Source of the DNA: Candidatus Culexmicrobium cathedralense
GTDB taxonomy: Archaea; Thermoproteota; Methanomethylicia; Culexarchaeales; Culexmicrobiaceae
Assembly (NCBI GenBank): GCA_025061115.1
Contig: JANZKC010000002.1
Span: forward strand, 384,001-448,000
Direction: 5' to 3'
DNA length: 64,000 nt
Every line of letters starts with the position of its first letter. The stretch's first letter is position 1. Positions 41,283-50,855 of the stretch are shown piece by piece. Under the pieces are notes generated by a model. It worked only from the letters and a program-made list of their open reading frames with translations. It had not been told where the DNA came from and did not search any database. The position numbers and the translations under genes were made by a program.

Positions 41283-41314
41283 AAATAATTTAGTGCATAT
41301 GAACATAATTATTT
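41283..41314. promoter_or_regulatory. 32-bp imperfect palindrome (operator-like) overlapping a TATA-like box upstream of the MBL/radical SAM pair
   Basis: AAATAATTTAGTGCAT|ATGAACATAATTATTT, 13 of 16 positions symmetric; TTAAAT on the minus strand overlaps its right end. Confidence 0.55.
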
Positions 41315-41413
41315 AACTCCCATCCTCAATGTTAAGAAATAAGTTCGAGAGAGCTCTATAGGCACCGCTATAGTATGGCGAAAAAATAAAATGGACTTCT
41401 AAACCAGCCTTGA

Positions 41414-42127
41414 TCATATTCCAAGATATGCCTTCTTAACCTCTTCATCCTCTAGAAGCTCACTTCCAGTTCCAGCCTTCACGATTCTACCGGTTTCGAT
41501 TATGTAAGCTCTATCGCAGAGCTTTAAAGCTTGATGGACGTTCTGCTCAACAAGCAAAACCGTATAACCTTCATTCTTAAGCTTGGAAACGAAGTCAAGC
41601 ACTTCAATCACCAATTTCGGCGCCAATCCCAAGCTTGGTTCGTCCAGCATCAGCAATGTAGGTCTGAGAATAAGTCCCCTAGCAATAGCCAGCATTTGCT
41701 GCTCACCCCCACTTAAAGTGCCTGCCAACTGATTTCTCCTCTCCTTCAATATTGGAAACAGATTGTACACTATCTCCAAGGTTTCACTGAACTTTTCCCT
41801 AGCTCTTCGAGTGTAAGCAGCTGCCTTCAAGTTTTCATAAACCGTCAATCTAGGGAAAAGCTGCCTCCCCTCGGGAATGTGAGCCAATCCCATTTCAACT
41901 CTCCTATGCGGATCCAGCTTAGTAATATCCATACTCATGAATTGTATGCGGCCCCTTCTAGGCATTAAGAGGCCTGATATTGTTTTCAGGGTGGTTGATT
42001 TCCCAGCGCCATTAGCTCCGAGAAGCGCTACGATTTCCCCCTCCTTAACGTCGAAGGATATCCCCCAAATAACTTGAACATCTCCATAGAAAACTTCCAA
42101 GTCCTCAACACTTAGAACTACGCTCAT
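41414..42127 (-). CDS. livF: Branched-chain amino acid ABC ATPase LivF
   Basis: GANGAGKST, PEGRQLF, LSGGEQQM, LDEPSLGLAP. Confidence 0.94.
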   Translation of the reverse strand: MSVVLSVEDLEVFYGDVQVIWGISFDVKEGEIVALLGANGAGKSTTLKTISGLLMPRRGRIQFMSMDITKLDPHRRVEMGLAHIPEGRQLFPRLTVYENLKAAAYTRRAREKFSETLEIVYNLFPILKERRNQLAGTLSGGEQQMLAIARGLILRPTLLMLDEPSLGLAPKLVIEVLDFVSKLKNEGYTVLLVEQNVHQALKLCDRAYIIETGRIVKAGTGSELLEDEEVKKAYLGI

Positions 42128-42852
42128 AGCTCCAACCTCGCACCCAAATAGGCTTCAATGACATGAGGATCATTTGCAACTTGCTTCGGCGTGCCCTCAG
42201 CTATCTTTTTCCCATGATGCAGGACAACTATTCTCTGCGATATGTTCATCACGAACCTCATGACGTGCTCAACAACCAGCAAGGTTTTCCCTGCATTATT
42301 TACCTCCCTAAGCAACGCCAACACATCATCTATTTCAGCAGGAGTGAGACCTGCAGCCACTTCATCCAGTAGAAGGAGGTCAGGTTCAAGAGCTAATGCT
42401 CTAGCTAGCTCGAGCCTCTTCTTCTCCGCGACATTTAGAGAGCCTGCCTTCATGAGCCTCTTATCATAAAGTCCAGTGAACTCCAAAAGCTCCAAAGCTC
42501 TCCTAGTAGCCTCCTCCAAGTCAGCATGCTTCAAGAAAGCACTTACAACAACGTTTTCTAGCACCGTCAGCCCGGGAAGAGGCTTAACAATTTGGAAGGT
42601 TCTGCCAATTCCCATCTTAGCAATGACGTATGGAGGCTTTCCAGTTATATCTTCGCCCCTAAAGTAAACCTTCCCGGACTCGGGCTTATAATACCCCGTA
42701 ATCACGTTGAACATTGTAGTTTTTCCAGCTCCATTTGGACCGATAAGCCCAACAATTTCACCCTCATCAACGTGGAAGGAGACAGCGTCCAATGCAACTA
42801 GCCCGCCAAACTTCTTAGTTACGTCTTCAACTTTAAGTATAGGATGACTCAC
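42124..42852 (-). CDS. livG: Branched-chain amino acid ABC ATPase LivG
   Basis: FGGLVAL, GPNGAGKTT, RTFQ, LDEVAAG, VEHVM, EAYLG. Confidence 0.93.
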   Translation of the reverse strand: MSHPILKVEDVTKKFGGLVALDAVSFHVDEGEIVGLIGPNGAGKTTMFNVITGYYKPESGKVYFRGEDITGKPPYVIAKMGIGRTFQIVKPLPGLTVLENVVVSAFLKHADLEEATRRALELLEFTGLYDKRLMKAGSLNVAEKKRLELARALALEPDLLLLDEVAAGLTPAEIDDVLALLREVNNAGKTLLVVEHVMRFVMNISQRIVVLHHGKKIAEGTPKQVANDPHVIEAYLGARLEL

Positions 42853-43920
42853 GACTTTCACCTCCCCCAATAGATGCTTCAAGAGAAGCAATTCCAATTC
42901 TCCTCTTCACAAAGCCCTTCATTTCAAGCCAGCCCATAACGCCTTCAGGCATCATCAAAGTTATAACTGCCAGTATTATGCCCAGCACAAGCACGTGAAG
43001 GCCATAGTACCTCGGAAACCTAGCCACTATCTGTGCTCTCACATACTCAGTTATTGGCATGAATATGAAGGACCCAACTATTGGACCTACAAAAGTGTAT
43101 ATGCCGCCTAAAATACCTGCAACAACTATGTAAACTGAAATCGTAATCAAGTCAAAAACGGCGAAGGGATCAATAAATCGGAACCTAACAGTATATAAGC
43201 CTCCTCCAATCCCAGTGAAGAACGCGCTTATGAACATTGCTATCATCTTATACTTAAAAGGGTTTATTCCAACGCTCATAGCAGCAAACTCGTCCTCCCT
43301 TATTGCTTGAAGGTAAAAGCCAATCTTGCTGTTAACAACTGCATGCAAAACAACGACCTCCAAAGCTAAAATTCCAATTGCAATATAAGCATAAACGAAG
43401 GGGCCAGCGTACTGCAGGTAGTATAGGGAAAGCTCAGGAGAAACTATTGGAGGTTGAAGGCCAGCTGCACCTCCAACCCATTCCCACGAAATGAAAATCA
43501 GCTTGAAAATCTCCGTAGCAGCTATAGTGGCTAAAGTAAACCAGTGGCTTTTAAGCCTAAAAAGGGAACACCCAATGCTAAACCCGTAAGCGCGGCTATG
43601 AAGCCTCCAATAAACATTCCAATCCAAGGCGTAATTCCAAAGTAGAGGATCAAGATCATTGTGACGTAAGCTCCAACCCCAAAGAAAATTGCATGCCCAA
43701 AGCTCATCTGACCTCCATAGCCCGCAAGTATGTTCCAAGCCATAGCCAAAATGGAGTATAGCAAGCATAGGAATAGGGTGTTGGCTGGAAAAGGCAAGTC
43801 GACAAGATAGAAGAACAGCGGTAGAACTAAGAGAGTAGCAGATATGGCTATTAGGATTAAGCCTCTAACCCCCTTGAACTGCCCCCTAATCATGTCGAAT
43901 GCCCTATACATCCTAATCAC
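42833..43920 (-). pseudogene. livM: LivM permease, frameshifted
   Basis: WNILAGYGGQMSFGHAIFFGVGAY frame ends after GVP; RLKSHWFTLAT...AIREDE continues in another frame (1-nt loss in CCCTTTTT, ~43559-43566). Confidence 0.88.
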
Positions 43921-44800
43921 AACCCTAATTTAGCTCCGAAAAGCCCAGTAGGCCTCACGAGAATCATGATTATGAAGAGCCCAAATGCAACCACATCCTT
44001 CAGCGTTGGAGGTATGAATAGCGCACTGACGCATTCGGCAATTCCAATGATCATGCCACTCACGTAGGCCCCAAAATGCTCCCAAAACCACCGAAGACCA
44101 CTATTATGAAGGCAATTAGGCAGAAGAAGGCGCCCATTTCGGGGTGAATGGGGTAGAAGGTTGAAAGCAGCGATCCTCCAACAGCCAAAATCCCAACTCC
44201 AATTCCGAAGGCAAGCCAGTACATCCTCTTAACATTTATGCCGAGAAGCTTAGCAGCCTCCCTATTTTGAGCCACAGCCCTCAACGCTATTCCAATATAC
44301 GTTTTCTTCAAAAATAGGTAGAGAAGGACAGTAATTACGACCGATGCTATAAAGGCTATGCCCCTAGTCAACGGCATGATTATGAAGCCAAAGCGAAGTA
44401 TAGTTCCAGTGTAGCTGGTTACAACCCTCCTTGTAAAGGGGCCGAAAGCCACTTCAGCTCCATAACGTATGATAAGCAGCAAAGCAAAGGTAGTTGCTAT
44501 TTGACTGACCATCGGAGCTTCAAGTATTTTCTCAATAATAACCTTCTGAGTAATAAATCCAAGCGAGAACACCACGAGAAAGGATATTGGAAGGCTTAGG
44601 AGAGGATCTACGCCAGCAAGCGCTAAAAGCCAGTAGGTTGTGAATGCTCCAAGCATCATGAAGTCTCCCTGAGCGAAGTTAATCACATCCATAACACCCC
44701 AAATTAAAGCTAGGCCCATGGCTATAAGGGAATAAACGCTTCCGATCAGCACCCCATTAATAATCGCACTTATCAAGTCCTCAAGCCCAACCACGTACAA
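43917..44800 (-). pseudogene. livH: LivH permease, frameshifted near the 3' end
   Basis: VINFAQGDF, RAVAQNREAA, GGFGSILG; restoring one G (~44070) gives AYVSGMIIG...LVRPTGLFG. Confidence 0.88.
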
Positions 44801-44880
44801 GCCCTATCCTCCATCACATTTTAAACGCATCTAGCCGACAATAACCTAGCAAAATAAATAAATGAGAAATTTAATGGCCA

Positions 44881-44955
44881 CTAGCCTCCTCTCTCGCCCC
44901 AAGGAGGCATCGGAAATATCGGATCAGTAGTTGCAAGCTCAGGCGGATAAACAAA
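44881..44955 (-). pseudogene. C-terminal remnant of the ABC substrate-binding protein
   Basis: FVYPPELATTDPIFPMPPWGERGG-stop resembles a Liv-type binding-protein C-terminus and sits at the expected position; the rest of the gene is absent. Confidence 0.65.
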
Positions 44956-44965
44956 GTTGAGTTGA

Positions 44966-45991
44966 ATGGGGTTCGAAATGAGCAATCTTCAATCAATTGG
45001 AAGCACAGTAGATAGACTGGTCGCTGTAGATATTGGAGGTAGAGGAGTTATAGACTACCTTTACGAAGCAGCGAGAAAAATTTTCGAAAAGCCCCTAACG
45101 CTCAAAGCTGCGGAGGAAATTAAAGAAGCTGCAAAACCCGGATGCACAGCAATCATCATGACTGGATTTAGAATGCCACCCCACGACATTCAAGAAACAG
45201 ATGGGCCGCCAGGAGCAGCTTCACTTGCAAGAGCACTAAGCTTAGCTCTTGAAGTTCAGCCAGTAATGCTAACAGAGCCAGTGGAGCAGTCTTTCAAAAT
45301 ACTCGAGGCAGCAGCTTCAGGCTACAGCTTAAACGTCGTAAATTTGGATAGACTCCTCAAGGAAAAACTCAAAGCTTCAACGTGCATTTTAGGCTTCACC
45401 ATGAACGAGAAAGAAGCCTATGAAGAAGCTAAAAAGCTACTGGACAACCTAAAGCCGTCCGTGATAATAGCAATAGAGAAGGTGGGAAGAAATCCTAAAG
45501 GAGAATACCACACAATGAACGGCTTAAACGTAACTAAGACTCACAGCAAAGTAGAGTTCATAGTCAGTGAAGCACGCAAAAGAGGCATTCTCACAGTGGC
45601 AATTGGAGATGGAGGAAATGAAGTTGGAATGGGATTGATAGCGGATGCCGTTAAGAAGTATGTGCCATATGGAGCAGTATGCAGATGCCCCTGCAAGGGA
45701 GGAATAGCCGCGGAGTCAAAAGCCGATGTTCTCATACCATCCTCAATATCGAATTGGGGCGGCTATGGAATTTCAGCCATGCTAGCAATACTCTCAGGGA
45801 AAGCTATTGCCATGCATGGACCCGAAGATGAGAAGAGAGCATTAAATCTAATTGTGAAGGAAGGAGCTCTTGACAGCTCTTCATACTTAACCGAACCTTC
45901 AGTTGATGGAGTGAGCTTAGCAAGCCATGTAGCAGTAGTCACAATGCTCAAGGAAATAGTAAAGAAAAGAGCAAAGTGGATTGAAATTTAA
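44966..45991 (+). CDS. D-glutamate cyclase (DUF4392) family protein (start may be 44978)
   Basis: TGF, ETDGPPGA, IEKVGRN..GEYHTMNG, IGDGGNEVGMG, SNWGGY, SVDG. Confidence 0.85.
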   Translation: MGFEMSNLQSIGSTVDRLVAVDIGGRGVIDYLYEAARKIFEKPLTLKAAEEIKEAAKPGCTAIIMTGFRMPPHDIQETDGPPGAASLARALSLALEVQPVMLTEPVEQSFKILEAAASGYSLNVVNLDRLLKEKLKASTCILGFTMNEKEAYEEAKKLLDNLKPSVIIAIEKVGRNPKGEYHTMNGLNVTKTHSKVEFIVSEARKRGILTVAIGDGGNEVGMGLIADAVKKYVPYGAVCRCPCKGGIAAESKADVLIPSSISNWGGYGISAMLAILSGKAIAMHGPEDEKRALNLIVKEGALDSSSYLTEPSVDGVSLASHVAVVTMLKEIVKKRAKWIEI

Positions 45992-47028
45992 AGCTTAACG
46001 TACTTCCTCAAATCCTCTGGCGTACCCGATGGCACAGTGATGTCCTTCATTGTGATTAAGCCTGGGGGAGCAGTCAGAACCTTAGGTATCATGTTTATAA
46101 CCATGCCTACAGTGCCCCAATCGCCATGGACACATGGAGATATTTTCTCGTGAATTGGAGGCACACCCTCAATGTCGATTGAATCATACTCCTCAGGCGC
46201 ACCCACATAAGCCCTGAAATCCAAAACAATGACATCCTTACCTCCCATTATCCCCCTCGCAATCTGCTTCAAGCCTGCAGCTTGACCAGGCTTCACATCA
46301 ACATAGTCGGTTTTCACTGGCTTCTCAGCAATCACTGGCTCCACAGGCTCAACCACTATTTTATCGAGATCCCACCCTAAAGCTGCAGCTATTAAAGAAA
46401 TGCTCTGCTCCAAGCCCACGTGCCCAGTTATCTCCTTAGCTTCAATCTTCCTCTTAAACTCCTCAACAGTCAGCCCAGCTCCAATCTTCTTCTGGAATGG
46501 ACCTCTCCTAGTGGATGCATTTATCACTCTACTTATCGTTATCTTGTCTATCTTCACGCATGGAGCCGTCAAAGTAATGGCAAGAGTATCCATGAGGAAG
46601 CCCGGATTAATTCCAGTGCCTAGAACAGTGCAGCCATGCTTCTTAGCAAGCTCATCCAACGCCTTCGCCTTCTTAACATCAACGTAGTACGGGTACGAAA
46701 GCTCCTCACATGTTGAAACGATGCTCACACCATGCTTAATTATGCCTACAAGCTGATCGAAAACGTCTTTTAAGTAGGAGCTCGTCATGTGAAGTACCAC
46801 GTGAGGCTTCGTCTCCGACAATACCTTGTCAGGATCATTTGAAATTATGACTCCCAGCTTCCTGCCCAGCCCCAGTACCTCTCCCAAGTCCTTGCCAACC
46901 TTGTTGGGGTCAACATCTATAGCGCCAACAATTTCAACGCCATCCTTCTCCAGCAAAGTCCTCGCAGCAAGTCTCCCTATCGCACCCACACCATAAATTA
47001 CTACCCTTATTTTCTCCATGGACTTCAC
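45988..47028 (-). CDS. DapB-like NAD(P)-dependent amine dehydrogenase (2,4-diaminopentanoate dehydrogenase family)
   Basis: YGVGAIG, STCEEL, GTGINPGFLMD, RRGPFQKKIGAG, GHVG, HGDWGT. Confidence 0.85.
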   Translation of the reverse strand: MKSMEKIRVVIYGVGAIGRLAARTLLEKDGVEIVGAIDVDPNKVGKDLGEVLGLGRKLGVIISNDPDKVLSETKPHVVLHMTSSYLKDVFDQLVGIIKHGVSIVSTCEELSYPYYVDVKKAKALDELAKKHGCTVLGTGINPGFLMDTLAITLTAPCVKIDKITISRVINASTRRGPFQKKIGAGLTVEEFKRKIEAKEITGHVGLEQSISLIAAALGWDLDKIVVEPVEPVIAEKPVKTDYVDVKPGQAAGLKQIARGIMGGKDVIVLDFRAYVGAPEEYDSIDIEGVPPIHEKISPCVHGDWGTVGMVINMIPKVLTAPPGLITMKDITVPSGTPEDLRKYVKL

Positions 47029-47136
47029 CTACAACAGAAACATCGACAAATGATATGTGTGCAACGTATAAAAGCATAACGAGAAATAAAGCAAGGTAAG
47101 GCGGCTTGAAGGATAATTCAAAATATGTCTTCAAAG

Positions 47137-47214
47137 TGGCGGGCCCGGTGGGATTCGAACCCACGACCAACGGCTTAGGAGGCCGCTGCTCTATCCTGGC
47201 TGAGCTACGGGCCC
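47137..47214 (-). tRNA. tRNA-Arg(CCT)
   Basis: GGGCCCG..CGGGCCC-G-CCA; anticodon arm GCGGC-CT-CCT-AA-GCCGT. Confidence 0.96.
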
Positions 47215-47256
47215 AATACAAGATTGAGCATTAAGGGTCTAATTAGGTTTTCCGAC

Positions 47257-47577
47257 TTATAAGGACTTACCCTTCTTTGACCCCAACCAATCCAAGAACT
47301 CCGGCATCGAGCTGAAAACTATGGGTTCAGGCTGCTTCTTCAATTGAACCTCCACCCTCTCCACCTCAAGCGAGTTCAGCACTTCGTGTGGAGCCTTAGA
47401 GCCAAAGGCTCTAGACCACTCAACTACATTGAAGTTCTTATCCCTAGCTCGTATCAAGCCATCCATTGAAAGGATGTACTTAAAGTTCTTGAAGAAGAAG
47501 TAGGCTCTCCCCCTAATCATCCTCAAAATTCTAAAAATCTCCATAACCTGCTCATGGGTTATGCGAGGCATCCTCAA
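47257..47577 (-). CDS. Hypothetical protein
   Basis: 106-aa ORF starting immediately after the hisS stop, with native-looking codon usage. Confidence 0.7.
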   Translation of the reverse strand: MRMPRITHEQVMEIFRILRMIRGRAYFFFKNFKYILSMDGLIRARDKNFNVVEWSRAFGSKAPHEVLNSLEVERVEVQLKKQPEPIVFSSMPEFLDWLGSKKGKSL

Positions 47578-47580
47578 ACC

Positions 47581-48882
47581 CTAACTAATCTTCTCCTTCA
47601 ACATATTAATAGCCTCCCCCAAGGTAACTTCAAACTGCACATTAGCGCTTAAATCCTTCAATACAATTTTCCCTCTCTCAGCTTCCTTAGCCCCCACAAT
47701 GATGGCGTGAGAGAAACCACGAGAATTCGCATAGGATAAGGCTTTCCTTAAGCTTCTCCCAAAAACCTCAAGTTCAGCCATGACGTTGTTCTCCCTCAAT
47801 TCATGAGCCACCTTTAAAGCGCGAATCCTCATGTCCTCGCTAGTCGAAACCACGTAAACTTTAACCTTCCTCTCCTCCTTAAACGGAATCTTAAGCTCCT
47901 CCATGGCGAGAACTATCCTATCCAGCCCAGGAGCATAACCAACAGCAGGTGTAGGCTCGCCGCCGAAGAGCTCTATAAGCTTGTCATAGCGCCCTCCACC
48001 TCCCAAAGCTATTCTAAAGCCAGGAACAAAAACCTCGAAAATCATTCCAGTATAATACTCTAATCCCCTAGCAAAGCTGAAATCCACGAAAAGCCTTCCA
48101 CTCAAGCCGCATGCAATGCAGTACCCTATCACCCTCTTGAAGTTCTCAAGCTCAAGCAAAGCCTTTTCATAATCCGCTAAAAGCTCCTCCGCTTCTCCCA
48201 ATAACTTCGCCGCATCATATCCCTTAAGTGAAAAGAGAGCTTCAGCAACCTCCAAGCACTTACTCGAAACCTTTAACTCTTCAAGCACGCTTAAAGACTC
48301 CTCAATTCTCCCCTTATCCATCAACCCGAAAATCCTATTTTGATCAGGCTCAGCAACCCCCTCAGCCCCAAGAAAAGCCCTCATAATGCCCACATGCCCC
48401 AACTTTAAGTAGTGATTTTCAAATCCAAGCCTCCTCATTAAAGCGTCGGCAATATCCAGAATTTCAGCGTCAGCCTCAGGCTCCCTCGAACCTATGAGCT
48501 CAAATCCACCCTGCCAAAACTCTCTATACCTACCATATTGAGGCTCATCATACCTGAAGCAGTTGGCAATGTAGCCCAGCCTAACCGGCTTAGGCCTCCC
48601 CAACATGTTGTTAATATAGAAGCGCGCAATGGGAGCAGTCATTTCAGGCCTAAGAGCAACTTTCCTCCCACCCAAGTCAGTGAAGACATACATCCTCTGC
48701 CTAATCTCCTCACCAGACTTAGCTGCCAAAAGCTCAAAGGACTCTAAAGTTGGAGTCATAACCTCCATATAACCGTATAGGGAGAATAACTGCCTAACCA
48801 CCCTCTTCACGTAGTTGAGCTTCTCCATATCTTCAGGCAAGTAATCCCTTAAGCCTCTTAACCGCCTGAACTTCCTGCCCAA
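47581..48882 (-). CDS. hisS: Histidine--tRNA ligase
   Basis: RGLRDY, LRPEMTA, FRYDEPQYGRYREF, RGLEYYTG, GGGRYD, anticodon-binding domain. Confidence 0.96.
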   Translation of the reverse strand: MGRKFRRLRGLRDYLPEDMEKLNYVKRVVRQLFSLYGYMEVMTPTLESFELLAAKSGEEIRQRMYVFTDLGGRKVALRPEMTAPIARFYINNMLGRPKPVRLGYIANCFRYDEPQYGRYREFWQGGFELIGSREPEADAEILDIADALMRRLGFENHYLKLGHVGIMRAFLGAEGVAEPDQNRIFGLMDKGRIEESLSVLEELKVSSKCLEVAEALFSLKGYDAAKLLGEAEELLADYEKALLELENFKRVIGYCIACGLSGRLFVDFSFARGLEYYTGMIFEVFVPGFRIALGGGGRYDKLIELFGGEPTPAVGYAPGLDRIVLAMEELKIPFKEERKVKVYVVSTSEDMRIRALKVAHELRENNVMAELEVFGRSLRKALSYANSRGFSHAIIVGAKEAERGKIVLKDLSANVQFEVTLGEAINMLKEKIS

Positions 48883-48904
48883 GCTGCAACCCTCACCGCA
48901 ATAA

Positions 48905-49765
48905 TTAAGAAATCAAACCTTTAAAACCTCCTAGAAAAGTAGCCACCATGGCCAAGAGCATGTAAAGTAAAATGCGCTTCTTAACTGCCCTTGCAGTCAA
49001 CTCGGTGGGGCTCCGAGCAAGCCTCAGCGAATCAATAAGAAATCCAGCCGCAGACAATGCAAAGAAGGGCAAATATATCCACCAGACAAGCCCCAGCAAT
49101 ATCGGGGCAAAGCCAATTGCAACAGCCGACAAGTAAAATAGCGATGAAAGCTTCCCGGCAAACTGCTTTCCACGAGAAATTGCAATAGTCTTCACTCCCC
49201 TAACCCTATCCCCCTCCACATCTATTATCCCCTTAGTGACCTCCCTCCCAGTATTAGCTAGAAAAGCCGCCAAGGAAAGGATTTGAAGTAGCAGAGAACC
49301 CCCAGACTTCACCGCAAAAGACCCATATAAAAATGGAAGGGCAACGCAAAAGCTAACCATGAAATTCCCAAGCAGCCCGAACTTCTTCCCCTCAGCATTA
49401 TAGATAGTCGAAATAATTAGGGAAGCAACTGCCAAAACAAGGCACTCAAAGTTCAACTGGAAAGAAGCAACAACACCCACAATGGCAAAGAACACTGCAT
49501 ACAGAATGGCCTCATTCCTCCTAATCAAGCCGCTCGGAAGAGGCCTCCAAGGAGCATTCACCAAGTCCACCTGAAAGTCAAAGTAGTCATTAACCACCAT
49601 TGAGGCAGCAGTCAAAGCAAACGCGGTAACGAAACCTAGAATCAAAGTATAAATGTCCGGAAAGCCCTGCAATGCAACAAGCTCGCTTAGAACGACGGCA
49701 ATCCCCATCATGACGCAGTTGACCGGCCTAATGATCCTTAAAAACGCCGCAAGCCTGCTAGCCAT
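48905..49765 (-). CDS. Digeranylgeranylglyceryl phosphate synthase (UbiA family)
   Basis: IIRPVNC, NDYFDFQVD..N.P.RPLPSG, REVTKGIIDVEGD...GVKT. Confidence 0.88.
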   Translation of the reverse strand: MASRLAAFLRIIRPVNCVMMGIAVVLSELVALQGFPDIYTLILGFVTAFALTAASMVVNDYFDFQVDLVNAPWRPLPSGLIRRNEAILYAVFFAIVGVVASFQLNFECLVLAVASLIISTIYNAEGKKFGLLGNFMVSFCVALPFLYGSFAVKSGGSLLLQILSLAAFLANTGREVTKGIIDVEGDRVRGVKTIAISRGKQFAGKLSSLFYLSAVAIGFAPILLGLVWWIYLPFFALSAAGFLIDSLRLARSPTELTARAVKKRILLYMLLAMVATFLGGFKGLIS

Positions 49766-49773
49766 GAAACCAC

Positions 49774-50298
49774 CTACAGCGTTACTAGAGTAACGTCATA
49801 GTATGTCACTTCACCCTGCCTATCAACGATAGCCAATATCAAGTCCTTTCTCGCGCTCCTCGCCTCCCTAATCATCCTAGATAGGCTTGAAAGCTCTATG
49901 GGCTTCCCCTCAACAGCCCCATAAACCAGGTACTTAGCAGGCTCCTTACCCATAACAGCGCCCCGCCTATAAACTCTAAATGAAATTCCAGAGCCGAATC
50001 CCGGCTTCACAATATAGCCCCTACGCCTCAAGTCGGAGAAAATCAAGTACTTAACCCAAATGTCAGAGTCAAGCTTCAAAAAGTGATTAAGTAGAGCTTT
50101 AAAATCCAACTCCACCTCTCCTAGAAAAACCCTCAACTTACCCTGCTTAACCAAAAACAAAGCTTCAGGAGCAGAGACAACTAGAACGCCCTCCCTGAAC
50201 TCGCCATAGAACCCATAATTCCAAAGCTTAACCGCATCCTCACCCCTCACAACAACCCTCAGGCCCTCAAGCTCGCCAGAATACTTTTCCTCGGCCAA
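49774..50298 (-). CDS. endA: tRNA-splicing endonuclease, probably the non-catalytic beta subunit
   Basis: EALFL, DLRRRGY.VKPG, FRVY, AIVDRQGEVTYY; GFGSG replaces the catalytic K(Y/F)G motif and EPAKY lacks the catalytic His. Confidence 0.85.
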   Translation of the reverse strand: MAEEKYSGELEGLRVVVRGEDAVKLWNYGFYGEFREGVLVVSAPEALFLVKQGKLRVFLGEVELDFKALLNHFLKLDSDIWVKYLIFSDLRRRGYIVKPGFGSGISFRVYRRGAVMGKEPAKYLVYGAVEGKPIELSSLSRMIREARSARKDLILAIVDRQGEVTYYDVTLVTL

Positions 50299-50368
50299 CG
50301 TAAGTCCCTCACTACATCATTTCCACACCATTATATATTCGTTAATCCAACTTACAGGTGATGAAGCC

Positions 50369-50851
50369 ATGATTGAAGAGCTGAAGTCGAAACTCAAAAA
50401 TGCAAAGGGCATAGTCATCCTAGGAGTCGGAAATGAACTTAGAAGAGACGACGCCGTGGGATTAATCGTAGCCAGACAACTATCATCCAAAAAGCCGTCG
50501 GAAAGCGTGAAGGTGATCGAGTGCGGAGAAGTCCCGGAAAACTACCTTGGAGTAATTGAGAGAATCAAACCATCCCACGTCATAGTGGTGGATGCACTTG
50601 ACATGGGAGCCGAGCCGGGATCAATCGGAATAGTAACAAAGGAGCAGGTCGTCAGCTACCCAACCATATCAACGCATAAGCCATCCCCCCACATACTAAT
50701 AAGCTACATCGAAGAGGTCATAGGAGCCAAAGTAGTTATAATAGGCATACAGCCCGAAGACGTGAATTTCGGAGAAGGATTAACACCAAAAGTGGAAAAA
50801 GCAGCTAAAGCGCTAGTAGAAATGCTACTGAAAACACTTGGAGGTCCGTGA
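50369..50851 (+). CDS. hycI: Hydrogenase maturation endopeptidase, HycI type
   Basis: LGVGNELRRDDAVG, GEVPEN, VDA, STH, GIQP. Confidence 0.88.
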   Translation: MIEELKSKLKNAKGIVILGVGNELRRDDAVGLIVARQLSSKKPSESVKVIECGEVPENYLGVIERIKPSHVIVVDALDMGAEPGSIGIVTKEQVVSYPTISTHKPSPHILISYIEEVIGAKVVIIGIQPEDVNFGEGLTPKVEKAAKALVEMLLKTLGGP

Positions 50852-50855
50852 CGGC

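Noticed and set aside
43550-43570. Programmed -1 frameshift at CCCTTTTT in livM
   Set aside because: Not a properly phased slippery heptamer; the neighbouring livH and binding-protein genes are also broken, which indicates decay.
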